The notes under the pieces are model-generated. The model ran no database searches, had not been told where the DNA came from, and saw only the letters and a program-made list of their open reading frames with translations. The position numbers and the translations under genes were made by a program. 64,000 bases of DNA from Opitutales bacterium (GTDB taxonomy: Bacteria > Verrucomicrobiota > Verrucomicrobiia > Opitutales > UBA2987): assembly GCA_965226885.1 (NCBI GenBank), contig CBDDEL010000010.1:96001-160000 (forward strand), read 5' to 3'. Below, one piece after another: positions 25,821-36,770 of the stretch. Position 1 is the first letter of the stretch. Each line of letters starts with the position of its first letter.

Positions 25821-27212
25821 TCAAACGATGCGCTCGAATCGGGATTGAAAAAAGCGCAGGTATTTTGGCTCATAGGTCATCCGCAAGCCGCGAATTTTGT
25901 CCCGTTTGGAGCAAACCTCTTCCACCGATTCAGCCACTACGTCCATGTGGGCCTGAGTATAGACCCGGCGTGGAATCGTCAAACGAACCAATTCGAGTTT
26001 AGGGTAGTTGTGTGCTCCGGTTTCGGGGTTTCTGCCAGCCGAAACGACGCCCCGCTCCATCGCCCGCACACCGGAATCGAGGTAGATTTCAGCTGCCAGT
26101 GTCTGCGCTGGAAAAGCATCCTGGGATAGATGCGGCAAGATTTTCCTGGCATTGAGAAAAACTCCGTGGCCGCCAATCGGCCTGACCACCGGGATACCTT
26201 TCGCCATTAACTGGTCACCCAAATACAGCACCTGGCCTACACGGGCGCGTATGTGGTCTTCGTCAACCGATTCGGCAATGCCTATGGCGAGGGCCTCCAT
26301 GTCTCGTCCGGCCATGCCGCCGTAGGTGTGCAAGCCCTCGAAGATCACGACCATATTTCTGGCTTTGTCGTAAAGGTCTTCGTCATTGACGGCCAGGAAT
26401 CCGCCGATATTCACCATCGCGTCCTTTTTGGCGCTCATGGTTGCGCCATCGGTCAGCGAGCAGATTTCCTTTACAATGGCGGCCGAGGAGAGGTTTTCGC
26501 AGCCTTCTTCCCTTTGCCTTATAAAATAGGCGTTTTCCGTCACCCTGGTCATATCGTGCATGATCGGAATGCCGTGTTTCTGTGTCAGCTCGCGTAAATC
26601 TCTCAGATTCCGCAGGGAAATCGGCTGCCCGCCCGCCATATTGACGGCGGTCGCAATGCAAACGTATGGAATCCTCTCCGGGCCGTATTTTTCGATAAGC
26701 GCTTCGAGCTTGTTCAAGTCCACATTGCCTTTAAAGGGGTGTTCGCTCTCTGGATCGTGCGCTTCGTCGATTATGATGTCGGCAAATTGACCGCCCGCCA
26801 ACTCCTGATGCAGCTTCGTGGTGGTGAAATACATGTTGCCCGGGATGATGTCGCCTTGCTTGATCATTATCTGTGAAATGATGTGCTCGGCGCCGCGACC
26901 CTGGTGGGTCGGCACGATATACTTGTAGCCATAGAAGTCCTGAACCGCTTTTTCCAGATGGTAGAAATTGTCGCTGCCGGCATAGGACTCATCTCCTCTC
27001 ATCATGCCGGCCCATTGCCGGTCGCTCATGGCGGAAGTGCCGCTGTCGGTAAGCAAATCAATATAAACATCCTTTGATTTGAGGAGAAATGTATTAAAGC
27101 CGGCCTGGCAAATGGCGGCTTCACGTTCTTCCGCAGTGCTCATCTTGAGCAGCTCGACCATTTTGATTTTAAAAGGCTCAGCCCAGGAACGCTTTCTTTG
27201 TTCAGATGCCAT
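25821..27212 (-). CDS. tpl: Tyrosine phenol-lyase
   Basis: IDLLTDSGT, PTHQGRGAE, PLP lysine in SAKKD; TPL-type YFTTT, MERG..SAGR and LRFF (tryptophanase has FDTT and LRHF). Confidence 0.88.
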   Translation of the reverse strand: MASEQRKRSWAEPFKIKMVELLKMSTAEEREAAICQAGFNTFLLKSKDVYIDLLTDSGTSAMSDRQWAGMMRGDESYAGSDNFYHLEKAVQDFYGYKYIVPTHQGRGAEHIISQIMIKQGDIIPGNMYFTTTKLHQELAGGQFADIIIDEAHDPESEHPFKGNVDLNKLEALIEKYGPERIPYVCIATAVNMAGGQPISLRNLRDLRELTQKHGIPIMHDMTRVTENAYFIRQREEGCENLSSAAIVKEICSLTDGATMSAKKDAMVNIGGFLAVNDEDLYDKARNMVVIFEGLHTYGGMAGRDMEALAIGIAESVDEDHIRARVGQVLYLGDQLMAKGIPVVRPIGGHGVFLNARKILPHLSQDAFPAQTLAAEIYLDSGVRAMERGVVSAGRNPETGAHNYPKLELVRLTIPRRVYTQAHMDVVAESVEEVCSKRDKIRGLRMTYEPKYLRFFQSRFERIV

Positions 27213-27247
27213 GATATTTCTCCTTTCTTTCTACAAATCAAATGTAC

Positions 27248-27972
27248 TCAACGTTCATAATTCATATTATCCAAGGATTGAAACAGTTCGATGTAGTTGT
27301 ACAAAATTTTCACGTTGTTGTTGAATAGTTTGCTGCTGATTCTATCTTTGGTTTCGTATAGGCCACCCCACTTGTGGCCGGGTTTGATTTTGTAACGATT
27401 GTTTTTCAATATCCATCGACCGGCTTCATCCTGGGTTGAGATGACTTCACCGACTTCTTCTAGCGAAGCTTCCAGTTTTTCCAGAATCTCATCTTGGGAA
27501 AGCTTGCGGTCGCGCTGATTCAGATAAGCGTCTCTTTTCAATTCCGTTATGCGTGCAAATCTTTTTTCCGTTTGTTGTAACCGGTCGATCAAATCCGATT
27601 CGTATCCATATCCGGTGCGGCGTTCGGCGCTGAGTTCAGCAGTAGAATTGACGCGGATTCTACCCCTGTCATAATACAGAGGCCGGCCTGTCCCAATCTC
27701 GACAAACCTGGCCCATTTGCCGTTGGGTAATCGGCTTGAATACAGCCAGTCGATGGCATCCGGAATAGGTTCAAGATAGCGGTCCCGTCCCGTATAGAGG
27801 TAAAGATCCATCAGTGTGCCGATGTTGCGAACCGTTACCATTGGGCAAACTGCGGGCGGCTCAAACACTCTGGCCCAGGCCGGCTGGAGGTAATCGTTAT
27901 ATTGCTGTATCCAACCGGTCTGAGGCGGGGGCAGTTGAGAGATCATGATGAACCAGCCGGCTTTGTTTATGG
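27248..27972 (-). pseudogene. C-terminal part of a PL10/PelA-like pectate lyase, 5' end removed by IS1
   Basis: GW.QQY...QPAWAR.FEPPA, WARF.E.GT..P; frame runs into the IS1 end. Confidence 0.7.
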
Positions 27973-27995
27973 GGTAGTGTATAAAAAGTTTATGG

Positions 27996-28722
27996 GGTAG
28001 TGTATAAAAAAAGAATGTTATTTTGTATTTTTAGCTGTACAAATAGCGTTAGGCAGTTTATTCTTAGTGCATGGTTACTAAAATTATTAATTGTCGGCAC
28101 TGTGGAAGTGAAAATATCATTAAATTTGGCAAGACGCCCAACCATAAACAGCGCTACCGCTGCCATGATTGTGGTAAACAAAGCCGCGAAAACCCCACAG
28201 TGAAATACACCGAAGAGCAAAAAGAAATGATCCTTCGAGTCTATCAGGAACGCAGCAGTCTACGCGGTTTACAGCGCGCCTTCGGGGTGAGTCCCAACAC
28301 CGTTTTGAGTTGGTTAAAAAAAACGACAATCGCTGCGACCGCTCAAAAGCACGATTCTTGCGGCCCGCCGCCATGATGTCATTGAACTGGACGAACTGTG
28401 GTCTTTTGTGGGGCGCAAGAGCGATGCCCAATGGGTTTGGATCGCTCTTTGCCGACGCACCCGTCAAATCCTCTCCTATGCCATTGGGCCTCGGGATTGG
28501 TATCGTTGCCGGGAACTTTACGAGCGTCTGCCACGGGCCTACAAAAGATGTGCCACCTACAGCGACTTTTGGAGCACTTATGATGAAGTCTTTCCTCATA
28601 ACCGATCCGTGGGAAAAGAAACCGGTGAAACGGCCCATGTGGAACGATGGAACAATACCCTGCGCCAACGACTGGGTCGTTTCACACGCAAAACCCTCTC
28701 CTTTTCCAAGCTTAAGAGTATG
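27996..28722 (+). mobile_element. IS1-family element copy 1 (insA 28071-, insB to 28722), truncated by IS21
   Basis: End GGTAGTGTAT; InsA zinc finger CxxC..CxxC; A8 frameshift site; ELDELW, HVERWNNTLRQR. Confidence 0.9.
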
Positions 28723-28895
28723 TGTAAACGCCGGGATGAAACCGGTAAGGGGGTCGGGGTAAAACCGGTACGCTTGGAATAAGGTTTAGGTTAGTAATTG
28801 CAGGTACGTCAAGGTTTAGGGTTTGGGAGTTGGTTTTGGGGATTGGCTTGGGGTCGGTGAGGAGGCCGGAGGCCGACGAGCCGGGCCCAAGGCGT

Positions 28896-29663
28896 TTATT
28901 GTTTTGTGCCACGGCGACGGCGTCGAGCATCGCGCAAGCGGTAGCTTTGCCCGTTGGCTTCGAGGATATGCACCCGATGGGTGAGTCGGTCCAGCAGAGC
29001 TCCGGTGAGCCGTTCGGAACCGAGCACTTCGATCCAGTTCTCAAAGGGCAGGTTGGTGGTGACGATGAGACTGGTGCGCTCGTAAGCGCGGCTGACCACG
29101 TCGAAGAGCAGTTCGGAACCGGTCTTGGAAAAAGGGACGTAACCGAGTTCGTCGAGGATGAGTAGGTCGAGCCTTTCGAGTTGCTTCATGAAGCGCTGCA
29201 GGTCGTGGTTGTCGCGTTGCTCGAGCATATGGGTAACCAGGGCGGTGACCCCGAAGAAACGGATCCGCCGGCCCTGGGCACAGGCGGCAAAGCCCAGGGC
29301 GGTGGCCAGGTGCGTTTTACCGGTACCGGCGTTACCGAGGAGCAGCACGTTTTCGCGCTGGTCGACATACTCCCCGCGCATGAGCTCTCGGATGAGCGCT
29401 TCGTTGATCGAGGGCTGCGCTTCAAAGGCGAAGCTCTCGAGGGTCTTGAGCACGGGGAAACGGGCGTTTTTGATCCGCCGCTGGGCGGCCCGCTGTTCGC
29501 GTTCAATGAGCTCCCGTTCGACCAGATGCAACAAAAAGGCGGCGTAATCGAGCCGGTCCCGGGAACAAGCCGCGGCCACCGCCGGCCATTCGCGCAGGAT
29601 GGTGGGCAACTTCAGTTTCTTGAGGTGATGGTGTAACAGCAGCTGGTTTTTTTCTTCCTTCAT
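28896..29663 (-). CDS. istB: IS21 helper ATPase IstB
   Basis: GNAGTGKTHLA, LLILDELGY, TTNL.F, LLDRLTH. Confidence 0.95.
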   Translation of the reverse strand: MKEEKNQLLLHHHLKKLKLPTILREWPAVAAACSRDRLDYAAFLLHLVERELIEREQRAAQRRIKNARFPVLKTLESFAFEAQPSINEALIRELMRGEYVDQRENVLLLGNAGTGKTHLATALGFAACAQGRRIRFFGVTALVTHMLEQRDNHDLQRFMKQLERLDLLILDELGYVPFSKTGSELLFDVVSRAYERTSLIVTTNLPFENWIEVLGSERLTGALLDRLTHRVHILEANGQSYRLRDARRRRRGTKQ

Positions 29664-31165
29664 AAAGCCCCTCCTGGAATCTTGAGCAGTTCGCTGTAGG
29701 CACCGAGGTCAGGGGCGGCCACACGGACGTGACGCAGGTGTGGATGGCCGTCCAGCCGGAAGGTTCTGCTCCCGTAGTCTTCCTGAGGATAGAGATACTG
29801 GGCGATGGCCTCACGAGTCAGTCCCCCCACCCGCAGGGCCGAGACGACGGCCTGCTGCAAGGCCGCCATGGGGTGTTTCTCCAACAGCCGCAGCACCCGG
29901 ATATACTCCCGGGTGCCTTCGCCCCCGCATTGGCTTTCGAGCCGGCGTCTGAGGACCTGCAGGCACTGCGGCAACTGCCAGCCCGAGAGTGGGCGGGCGA
30001 AGTCCAAAGCGCCCGGTTTTTTCTCCAGCAAAGCCAGGTAGTGCACCGGCTCGAAAGAGACTTGCTCTTTATCCCAAATGCGGCGGTGCCGGGCCACCTC
30101 TTGGCCCCCACAGAAGATCACCACCTGCCGACAGGACCCTTCCACCACCACCGGATGGTGGGCGCAGCGCACCGGCACCGAATAGTCGTTGCACTCGAAG
30201 CGCACCAGCGAGAGGCTGCTGACGCAGGTCGAGCGTTTGCGGCTCGCTTCAAAGGGTATGGGCGGCAACGCCAGCATGACGGCGCGCTCCTCGGCCAGCA
30301 GTTCCTTTTTCACCGCCCTTTTCCCGCGTAATTTACGCTCCATGTCCCGCTCACATGCCTCCAACAGCTTTGCGTTGAGTTCCTCCAGGTCCCGAACCTG
30401 CGGTACCGGTACCAGGAAGTTGGCCCGGGCATAACGCACGATCCCCTCGACCACGCCCTTCTCGTTGGGCCGGGCGGGCAGACAGAAGTGTTCCTCGAAC
30501 AGGTAATGGCTCTGTAGCTGCAGAAACCCGTCGGTCAGCTTGCGTTCACGCGAACCGATAATCTTACCCACCGCCACCTTCGAGTTGTCATAGCTGATGC
30601 GCCGGGGCACCGCCCCGAAAAACTCAAAAGCTCGCAGGTGCCCCTCCCAGAAGCTCTCCGTGCACTCCCGTTCGAACACCTGCACGAAAAAGGCATCGCT
30701 GTAGGGCAGGCTCATGGCAAAAAATGGCCGCCTACGCAATTGCCCCGCCTCCTTCACCAGGGCATGACCGAAGTCCACCTGTCCCTCCCCGGGGCGGTGC
30801 TCCAGCGGCACGAACACTTCCCGCCGCCTCGCTCGCAGCTCGGCCACCACCTCCTTGACCGCCGTGTAGCCCCCTTGGTAGCCCTTCTCCCGACCCAAAC
30901 GCTGGTAGATCCGTTTGGCCGTATGGCGCTGCTTCTTGGGCACGTTCCGGTCCGCTTTGAGCACCTCCTCGATCCAGCCCACATACGGATCGATCTTGCG
31001 CTCTCGCCTCTTCTTGCGCCGGTATCCCGGCGGCTGGGAATAGGCCAGCATCTTTCCCAGGGTCTCCCAGTGCAGTCCCTCTTCTCGCATTACAGAGCGC
31101 TTGCTCTGCTTGTCCCGCAGCACTTTGTGCCGCACTCTTGTCCATTGCTTCATATCTCGATACAC
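29660..31165 (-). CDS. istA: IS21 transposase IstA
   Basis: QVDFG, YDN, EKG.VE, N.YSVP. Confidence 0.95.
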   Translation of the reverse strand: MYRDMKQWTRVRHKVLRDKQSKRSVMREEGLHWETLGKMLAYSQPPGYRRKKRRERKIDPYVGWIEEVLKADRNVPKKQRHTAKRIYQRLGREKGYQGGYTAVKEVVAELRARRREVFVPLEHRPGEGQVDFGHALVKEAGQLRRRPFFAMSLPYSDAFFVQVFERECTESFWEGHLRAFEFFGAVPRRISYDNSKVAVGKIIGSRERKLTDGFLQLQSHYLFEEHFCLPARPNEKGVVEGIVRYARANFLVPVPQVRDLEELNAKLLEACERDMERKLRGKRAVKKELLAEERAVMLALPPIPFEASRKRSTCVSSLSLVRFECNDYSVPVRCAHHPVVVEGSCRQVVIFCGGQEVARHRRIWDKEQVSFEPVHYLALLEKKPGALDFARPLSGWQLPQCLQVLRRRLESQCGGEGTREYIRVLRLLEKHPMAALQQAVVSALRVGGLTREAIAQYLYPQEDYGSRTFRLDGHPHLRHVRVAAPDLGAYSELLKIPGGAL

Positions 31166-31239
31166 TCCTCCTTTCTAGGATAAGCGTACCGGTTTTAAAG
31201 CGCCCTCTTTACCGTACCGGTTTTTCCCCGGCGTTTACA

Positions 31240-31660
31240 CTTCGTCCCTTTTAAGGCTAACCGGCGCATGGCTTCCATCAAGGTGTAGGCCAGCGCCGAC
31301 AAGAGCAATCGCCACTGATTGGCCCACCATTGATGGGCGCTGGTGCGCTCGCTGAACAATTGCATCTGTTCCTTGATTCGGTTCTCCATTTCACCGCGGC
31401 CACAGTATACCTTGTCGTAAAGCTCCTGGGGATCGCCCGGCAGGTTCGTCACCACGAAGCGCGGGTTGGACCCCTGTGCGGTGTGTTCGGCTTTATGGAT
31501 GACCAACCGCAGCCATCGCCACGAATCGGCAGCATAGACGAAGTCCTGGAATAACCGTTGTTTTTTACCCCTTAGTTCGAACCATTCTTTGGCCTGCTTT
31601 TGCAACTGCTGGGCGTCTTGCTGCAAGCGTGCATTGCGAGCCATCCCCACGATGTAACTA
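31240..31660 (-). pseudogene. Internal fragment of IS1380 type A
   Basis: Matches other copies; bounded by IS21 and IS-A ends. Confidence 0.9.
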
Positions 31661-31855
31661 GAGGCTGTCCCAAAAGGGTGATTTTTGCGAGGGCTTTTGA
31701 TAGGCGCTCATTTTAGAGGTATTTGCATTTGGGAGAGTATCAACTTTGCTCTCCTATGACGTTAGGATACTGGTTTTGGGGTCCGGTTGCCTGGTTTTCT
31801 TTGTATGAGCCGACAGTAAGGCTGTGAAAAAGTATTGTCCTTGCTTTTCCGCTCT

Positions 31856-33337
31856 CTAGGCCGCCGCTTTGGTTTTTAGTTCGTCTTGCTGGGCCAGCAT
31901 CTTGGCTACTTTCCATAGGTTGTGCGAGAGTACCGACCAGGCTACGCTGATCGAGCGGTTGGCAAAGCCTTTGCTGCGCAACCGCCCGGCCTGCCAGCGA
32001 TTCTTCAATACCCCGATCCGCCCTTCGGTGCTGGCCCGGCGCTTTTGCAATTGTCTGAACAGTGGTTCCTCCATCCGGTTTTTCAACTGCTTCGGATCGC
32101 GTGGACAGAGCGCGTCGTAGATTCCCTCCTGGGCTAACTGCCGGCGGGCCCGCTGGGAGGCAAATCCCCGGTCCGCGCACATGGCCGCTATGGGTTCTTC
32201 CAGGTTGAAGCGGTTCTGTCTTTGCAAACTCTCTTGCATTTGTTCATTTTCGCTTGGAGTTCGGCTGCCGTAGAGTTTCCAGTCCAGCAGGTACCCTTCA
32301 ACGCTTTCTCCCAAAAACAGGGTGTTGCCGAACTCGACCTCTTGGCCCGCTTTACCTCGCACAATCACCTGCCCATCGAGTTCGTAAACACTCAAGACTT
32401 TCTCTGCGTTTTTCACCTGGCGGCCGCCAATGATCCGCTCGTGCGCCTGTTTGATGACCACCGGGATTTGCTCGCTCATGCGCTCCATCCGGGCGAGGAT
32501 CTGTTGGACCTGTTTTTCGCTGTAATCGCTTTGCTCCCAGCAGGCTTGCAATAATTCCCGGTGACTGCGGGCATGCTCCCCGAGCCGTTTGAGCAGCTTT
32601 TTCATCTGCCTCAAGATACCCTTGCGCTGCCGCGCGCTGTCCTTTCGCCGCCGGCTGTGGGTCATCTGTATGCACAGCCGATTCATCTGCCGAGCCAAGG
32701 GCTCCGGTTCGATCGGCATGCGATGGCGCACACCGGCCTTCTCGCGGATCAGCCGGATCGCTTTGAGCAACGTGCCGGCTACATCCTTGAGTAATACCCA
32801 GTCCGTCGGCCAATGAATGTTAGCCTCCAAACAGGTGCCGTCGATCAGGCAAATGGTGGTGTCAATCGGCTTGTCCAATCCCACCTGCCGGGCCAGAAGG
32901 GCATCGCCCACCACCTCAGTCAAGGTCCGGTGCAAGGCCCTCAACTGCTCTTCGCTGAAAAACTTCGAGGCCCGCTCCAGGGTGCTTTTGGAGATGCCCC
33001 TGATGCCATCGATCTGCCGGACACGGCAAAAGTCGGCCAACAGATCGCTGCTGCCCAGAGCCCGCGACAAATGCCGAAACGAAATCCCTCCGAGCAGACG
33101 GCCCAGCGTATCCATGCGCAGTGCCTTGATGGCAAAACTGGCCCGCTGCCGCCGGGCCTTTAGACCCATTGGCGGCCACCCCTCCAAGGCCAGCTCAATG
33201 GCCTGCGATTCCACCTCCGAGTCGATCAGCAGCCGATCGATTCGATCAATGGTGGCGCGGAAGTTATCGTAATCGAGGCACCGGTCGACCACAGTTAAAG
33301 CTGGACGCAGGAGGCATTGGATGGCTATATTTTTCAT
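31856..33337 (-). CDS. IS5-like DDE transposase (true start MKNIAIQ)
   Basis: IDGTCLEANIHWPTD..LL, RGKAG..VEFG, ADRGF, R...EG.IG.LK. Confidence 0.85.
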   Translation of the reverse strand: MKNIAIQCLLRPALTVVDRCLDYDNFRATIDRIDRLLIDSEVESQAIELALEGWPPMGLKARRQRASFAIKALRMDTLGRLLGGISFRHLSRALGSSDLLADFCRVRQIDGIRGISKSTLERASKFFSEEQLRALHRTLTEVVGDALLARQVGLDKPIDTTICLIDGTCLEANIHWPTDWVLLKDVAGTLLKAIRLIREKAGVRHRMPIEPEPLARQMNRLCIQMTHSRRRKDSARQRKGILRQMKKLLKRLGEHARSHRELLQACWEQSDYSEKQVQQILARMERMSEQIPVVIKQAHERIIGGRQVKNAEKVLSVYELDGQVIVRGKAGQEVEFGNTLFLGESVEGYLLDWKLYGSRTPSENEQMQESLQRQNRFNLEEPIAAMCADRGFASQRARRQLAQEGIYDALCPRDPKQLKNRMEEPLFRQLQKRRASTEGRIGVLKNRWQAGRLRSKGFANRSISVAWSVLSHNLWKVAKMLAQQDELKTKAAA

Positions 33338-33679
33338 AGAAAGGGCTATAGGCGGATCCTCCAGCAGTTGGTCTTCGAGCCCCTGCCGGAACTCTCCGTC
33401 CCAGGCATTTTCTCCGGGCAGGCACTTGATCCGCTCCACCAAAAACTCCCCGCCCTGCGCGCGAGATCAAGCATGAGTTCAGGCCCCACCTGACTCTTCA
33501 TCGCTCCGCGTCGAGTCCGTATGACGTTTCTCGTCTTCTATATTCGGTGTCACAACTAACTGCGGCGTGATGCTTTAGATAACACAACAGAATTTTCGAT
33601 GGGTTTCGTTTCCCATGGCCCGTTTCTCGAACTGCCTTTCGACCCGCTCACTCCTCCTTCGTCGAGCCGCCCCGCCCAA

Positions 33680-33825
33680 TACGAACCGTCCCGGACTGTC
33701 GCAAAGATAAACGGCCACCTGGGCCACCTGATGAGCACTCGTCCCCTGGCTACCAACAATAGGCCATGAAGGCGATGCTCGTAGGAAGATTGCTCGCTTC
33801 GACGGATTTCACCTTGCAAGACCAA
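33680..33825 (-). pseudogene. IS630-like transposase N-terminal remnant
   Basis: EIRRSE.S.Y.HRLHG.LLVA.G. Confidence 0.5.
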
Positions 33826-33899
33826 GCTAGGGGCGCGCCACGGGCAGCCATCCCTGCACCGGCGTGCCCAACCGGATAGCGCCCCGCGTCTTCAGCGAT

Positions 33900-34075
33900 G
33901 CGGCTTGCGATACGGTTGGCGGCGGCCTTGAGGGAACCGTAGGCGAGGTGGGTGTAGCGGCGGCGGTCTGCACCTTGTTGTGCCGGAGCAGGTTTCCAAT
34001 CATGGGCAGCGCCTCGCCGACCGGAAACCCGTTTCTGGCATAGCTATGTCCAAAAGGTCGTAAATGCGCTACCAA
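33900..34075 (-). pseudogene. Tyrosine recombinase C-terminal remnant
   Basis: Degenerate HS.A....GE.LPMIG.LL.H..VQT box. Confidence 0.55.
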
Positions 34076-34163
34076 AGCTCACGAAAAGAGGCGTGCCGCG
34101 CTTGAAGTCGGGCATCACCCGGGGGGGTTGCCTTCCTAAAGTGCGCCGCGGCGCTGAAGCTCT

Positions 34164-36689
34164 TCAAAAACTGTAGCCGAGCTTTCCGTACCAGAAGGCG
34201 CCATCAAACCCAAAGGGGCAGAACTGGCCGTATTTGTTGCCAGTAGTCGCGGCGGACTTCGGATTTTCGTCAGGGTAATTGTTGAAGACGTTCTGAGCGC
34301 CCGCCGTTAAGGTGATTCGATCCGTAAGGGAGTAGTTGACTTCGAAATCAACGAGGAATTCGTCTCCGTAGGTTTGACTATCCTCGGAATCATGCCAGGA
34401 ACTATAGTAACGGCCGCGGCCCAGCAGATTCCAGCGATCCAGCATGGGCTGCGTCAGGGTTATGGTTGCCCGATGCCTGGGAAGACCCTCCTGTAATTCC
34501 CGGATGCGGACGTCGTTTATCGTCTCGGGGCTGAACTGGGTGACTTCCGTATTCGTGTAGTTATAACCGAGGCTCAGTTCACCCTCCCGCACTCCGGTCG
34601 ACAGAACGACGTCGATGCCGCGGGTTTCCGTGTCAAAGTCATTGATGAAAAAGACGTACTCCACCAGATTGTAGGCGTCGGTGATGCCCGTAGCGAACAA
34701 TTGATCGCGCTCTGCATCCGTAAACTCGAAGTCCTGTGAGAGCGACATGCGGTTCTTCACGTCGATGCCGAAATAATCGACCGTGATTACCGTATTGCCC
34801 ATATCGACAACGAAGCCGATACTGAAGTTGGTCGATTTTTCAGGCGTGAGCGCCTCGCCGCCCCTCCCCATCGCAACGGGATTGGTGGGAGGAATCACGG
34901 CCCTGGTGATTAGTTCCATTCGGTCCGCTTGAAATTCAGTGGTTACGTTGAAAGCGTTTTGCTGACCGGGAGTGGGGGCCCGGAAACCGGTGTTGAAGCT
35001 CCCGCGCACCTTCAGATTCTCGTTGATGCCGTAGGTGGTCGCCAGCTTATAGTTGATTGTGCCTCCGAAATCATTGAATTCTTCATAGCGCAAAGCGGCG
35101 GCAACCAACCAGTCGTCGGTCAGCTCGTATTCCGCGTCCACGTAGACGGCATAGTTGGAGCGGTCCCATATACCGGCGGCGCTATCACCGAAACCCGAGA
35201 AACCGTTGGAAGCACCCCTGAATCCCTGCTGATGCAGAGCCTGGCCGATCGCATATGACTCGGGTTGCCCCCTCACGATTTCAAACTCCTCGACACGGTA
35301 TTCGAAGCCACTGGCGAGGAACAACTGCTCGCTTAGCGGATAGGTCACGCCAAAGTTGAGGTTGATTTCGGTCTGAATATAATCACCGGGATCGAAATAA
35401 GTCGGAGTATCGGGGCCGAGAGAGGCGTTGACGGTATTAAAGATAAAGAAATCAGTGTGATGACGCCCGTAAGCAGCGCTGAAATCCAAGCCGAGTTTCG
35501 ATCCGGTTGTTCTCACCCCGGCGACAATGGATTGGTCCTTCGCGTACCCGCCAAAGCGGGGCGTGAAACCGCCGGGGAAGAGTTCCTGAAAGGTGAACAG
35601 ATTGGGATCGTCGAACACCTGTTGCAAAGCGACGGGGTCCGGCACATGGTTAGTTATCGTTACCACAGGGACCTTGGACTCATCGCCATCCAAAGCGCCC
35701 ACCAGCAACGTTTTTCCGGCGTCATTACTGAATACGCCGCGTCGCGTATTGGGATTGCGGTAATAGAACCCGCCCTCCACTTCCTTGCTCGCGTAGTTGG
35801 CATGACCGTAGAACTCGAGGTTCCCGCCTATGGCGGCGCCGTAATTGGCAAACAATTTGAGATCGTCCCGAACGAAGGGTTGACCCCAGATTTGAGCGGG
35901 ATTCGCCACCTCGCTGTTTCCCACCGCGATCAGAGCAGCGGCGTCATCTCGCTGCACGGAGCGGATGGTCTCGCCAGAGTTGCCGTACTCCCCGCTGAGA
36001 TTGATCCAGGCCTTTTCGCTGCCCAAGCCGATATTGCCGGCGATGGAAACTGCTTCGCCGCCACCGTCCTGGTAAATCCCCGTTCGAACGATGAGAGACC
36101 CTCCTTCGTAACTGTCGTTGAGCTCGAAGTTCAACACCCCCGCAATGGCATCGGAACCGTACTGCGCCGAAGCTCCGTCGCGCAGCACTTCAATCCGTTT
36201 CAGAGCGAGCGCGGGAATGGGGGCTACATCGGGCCCCTGTGCGCCATCGGCGACGCCGTTGCCCAACCAGTGAATCACGGACGCGCGGTGGCGGCGCTTG
36301 CCGTTGATGAGCACCAGCGTATGGTCCGGCGGCAGCCCGCGTATATTGAGCGGCCGAACGATCGTCGAGGAGTCGCTGATCGGCTGGGTATTGACGTTGT
36401 AAGAGGGGATGACGTTCCTCAATAGATCCTGTAAATCAGTGAAGCCTTGCATGGTGAGGGATTCGCCGGCGAATGTATCGACGGGCACCGCTGAATCAAC
36501 CACCGAACGCGGCTCCGCCCGCGAACCGATGATGACCAGTTCTTCGAGGACCTGCAGATTCTCGGAGTCGTCCCGGGGCTCGGACGGGGCTGGGGTCGAG
36601 TGAACGCTTTCGGGCTGCAGCACCTCCTGCGCGAAGGCATTTAAAGGAAGCAATGCAAGTATGGTAAGAGTAATTGTAGAAAGTCTCAT
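34164..36689 (-). CDS. TonB-dependent outer-membrane receptor
   Basis: Signal peptide (MRLSTITL), TonB box LEELVIIGSR, plug (RGL..DHTLVLINGKR, IEVLRDGASAQYGSDAIAGV), terminal YSF. Confidence 0.95.
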   Translation of the reverse strand: MRLSTITLTILALLPLNAFAQEVLQPESVHSTPAPSEPRDDSENLQVLEELVIIGSRAEPRSVVDSAVPVDTFAGESLTMQGFTDLQDLLRNVIPSYNVNTQPISDSSTIVRPLNIRGLPPDHTLVLINGKRRHRASVIHWLGNGVADGAQGPDVAPIPALALKRIEVLRDGASAQYGSDAIAGVLNFELNDSYEGGSLIVRTGIYQDGGGEAVSIAGNIGLGSEKAWINLSGEYGNSGETIRSVQRDDAAALIAVGNSEVANPAQIWGQPFVRDDLKLFANYGAAIGGNLEFYGHANYASKEVEGGFYYRNPNTRRGVFSNDAGKTLLVGALDGDESKVPVVTITNHVPDPVALQQVFDDPNLFTFQELFPGGFTPRFGGYAKDQSIVAGVRTTGSKLGLDFSAAYGRHHTDFFIFNTVNASLGPDTPTYFDPGDYIQTEINLNFGVTYPLSEQLFLASGFEYRVEEFEIVRGQPESYAIGQALHQQGFRGASNGFSGFGDSAAGIWDRSNYAVYVDAEYELTDDWLVAAALRYEEFNDFGGTINYKLATTYGINENLKVRGSFNTGFRAPTPGQQNAFNVTTEFQADRMELITRAVIPPTNPVAMGRGGEALTPEKSTNFSIGFVVDMGNTVITVDYFGIDVKNRMSLSQDFEFTDAERDQLFATGITDAYNLVEYVFFINDFDTETRGIDVVLSTGVREGELSLGYNYTNTEVTQFSPETINDVRIRELQEGLPRHRATITLTQPMLDRWNLLGRGRYYSSWHDSEDSQTYGDEFLVDFEVNYSLTDRITLTAGAQNVFNNYPDENPKSAATTGNKYGQFCPFGFDGAFWYGKLGYSF

Positions 36690-36770
36690 TGGTATCTGAA
36701 TATGACCATTACACCACTCAACCAACTCGAGGTCAAGTCCGGATTCTACTGCCAGGGTAGAAAGATTCTA

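Larger units (their letters stand above)
28723..31239 (-). mobile_element. IS21-family element copy 1
   Basis: TG...CA ends (TGTAAACGCCGGG), internal repeats; flanks share no TSD. Confidence 0.93.

Noticed and set aside
33338..33442. N-terminal extension of the 528-aa transposase ORF
   Set aside because: Chimeric read-through from the inserted DNA; copy 1 shows the start is MKNIAIQ
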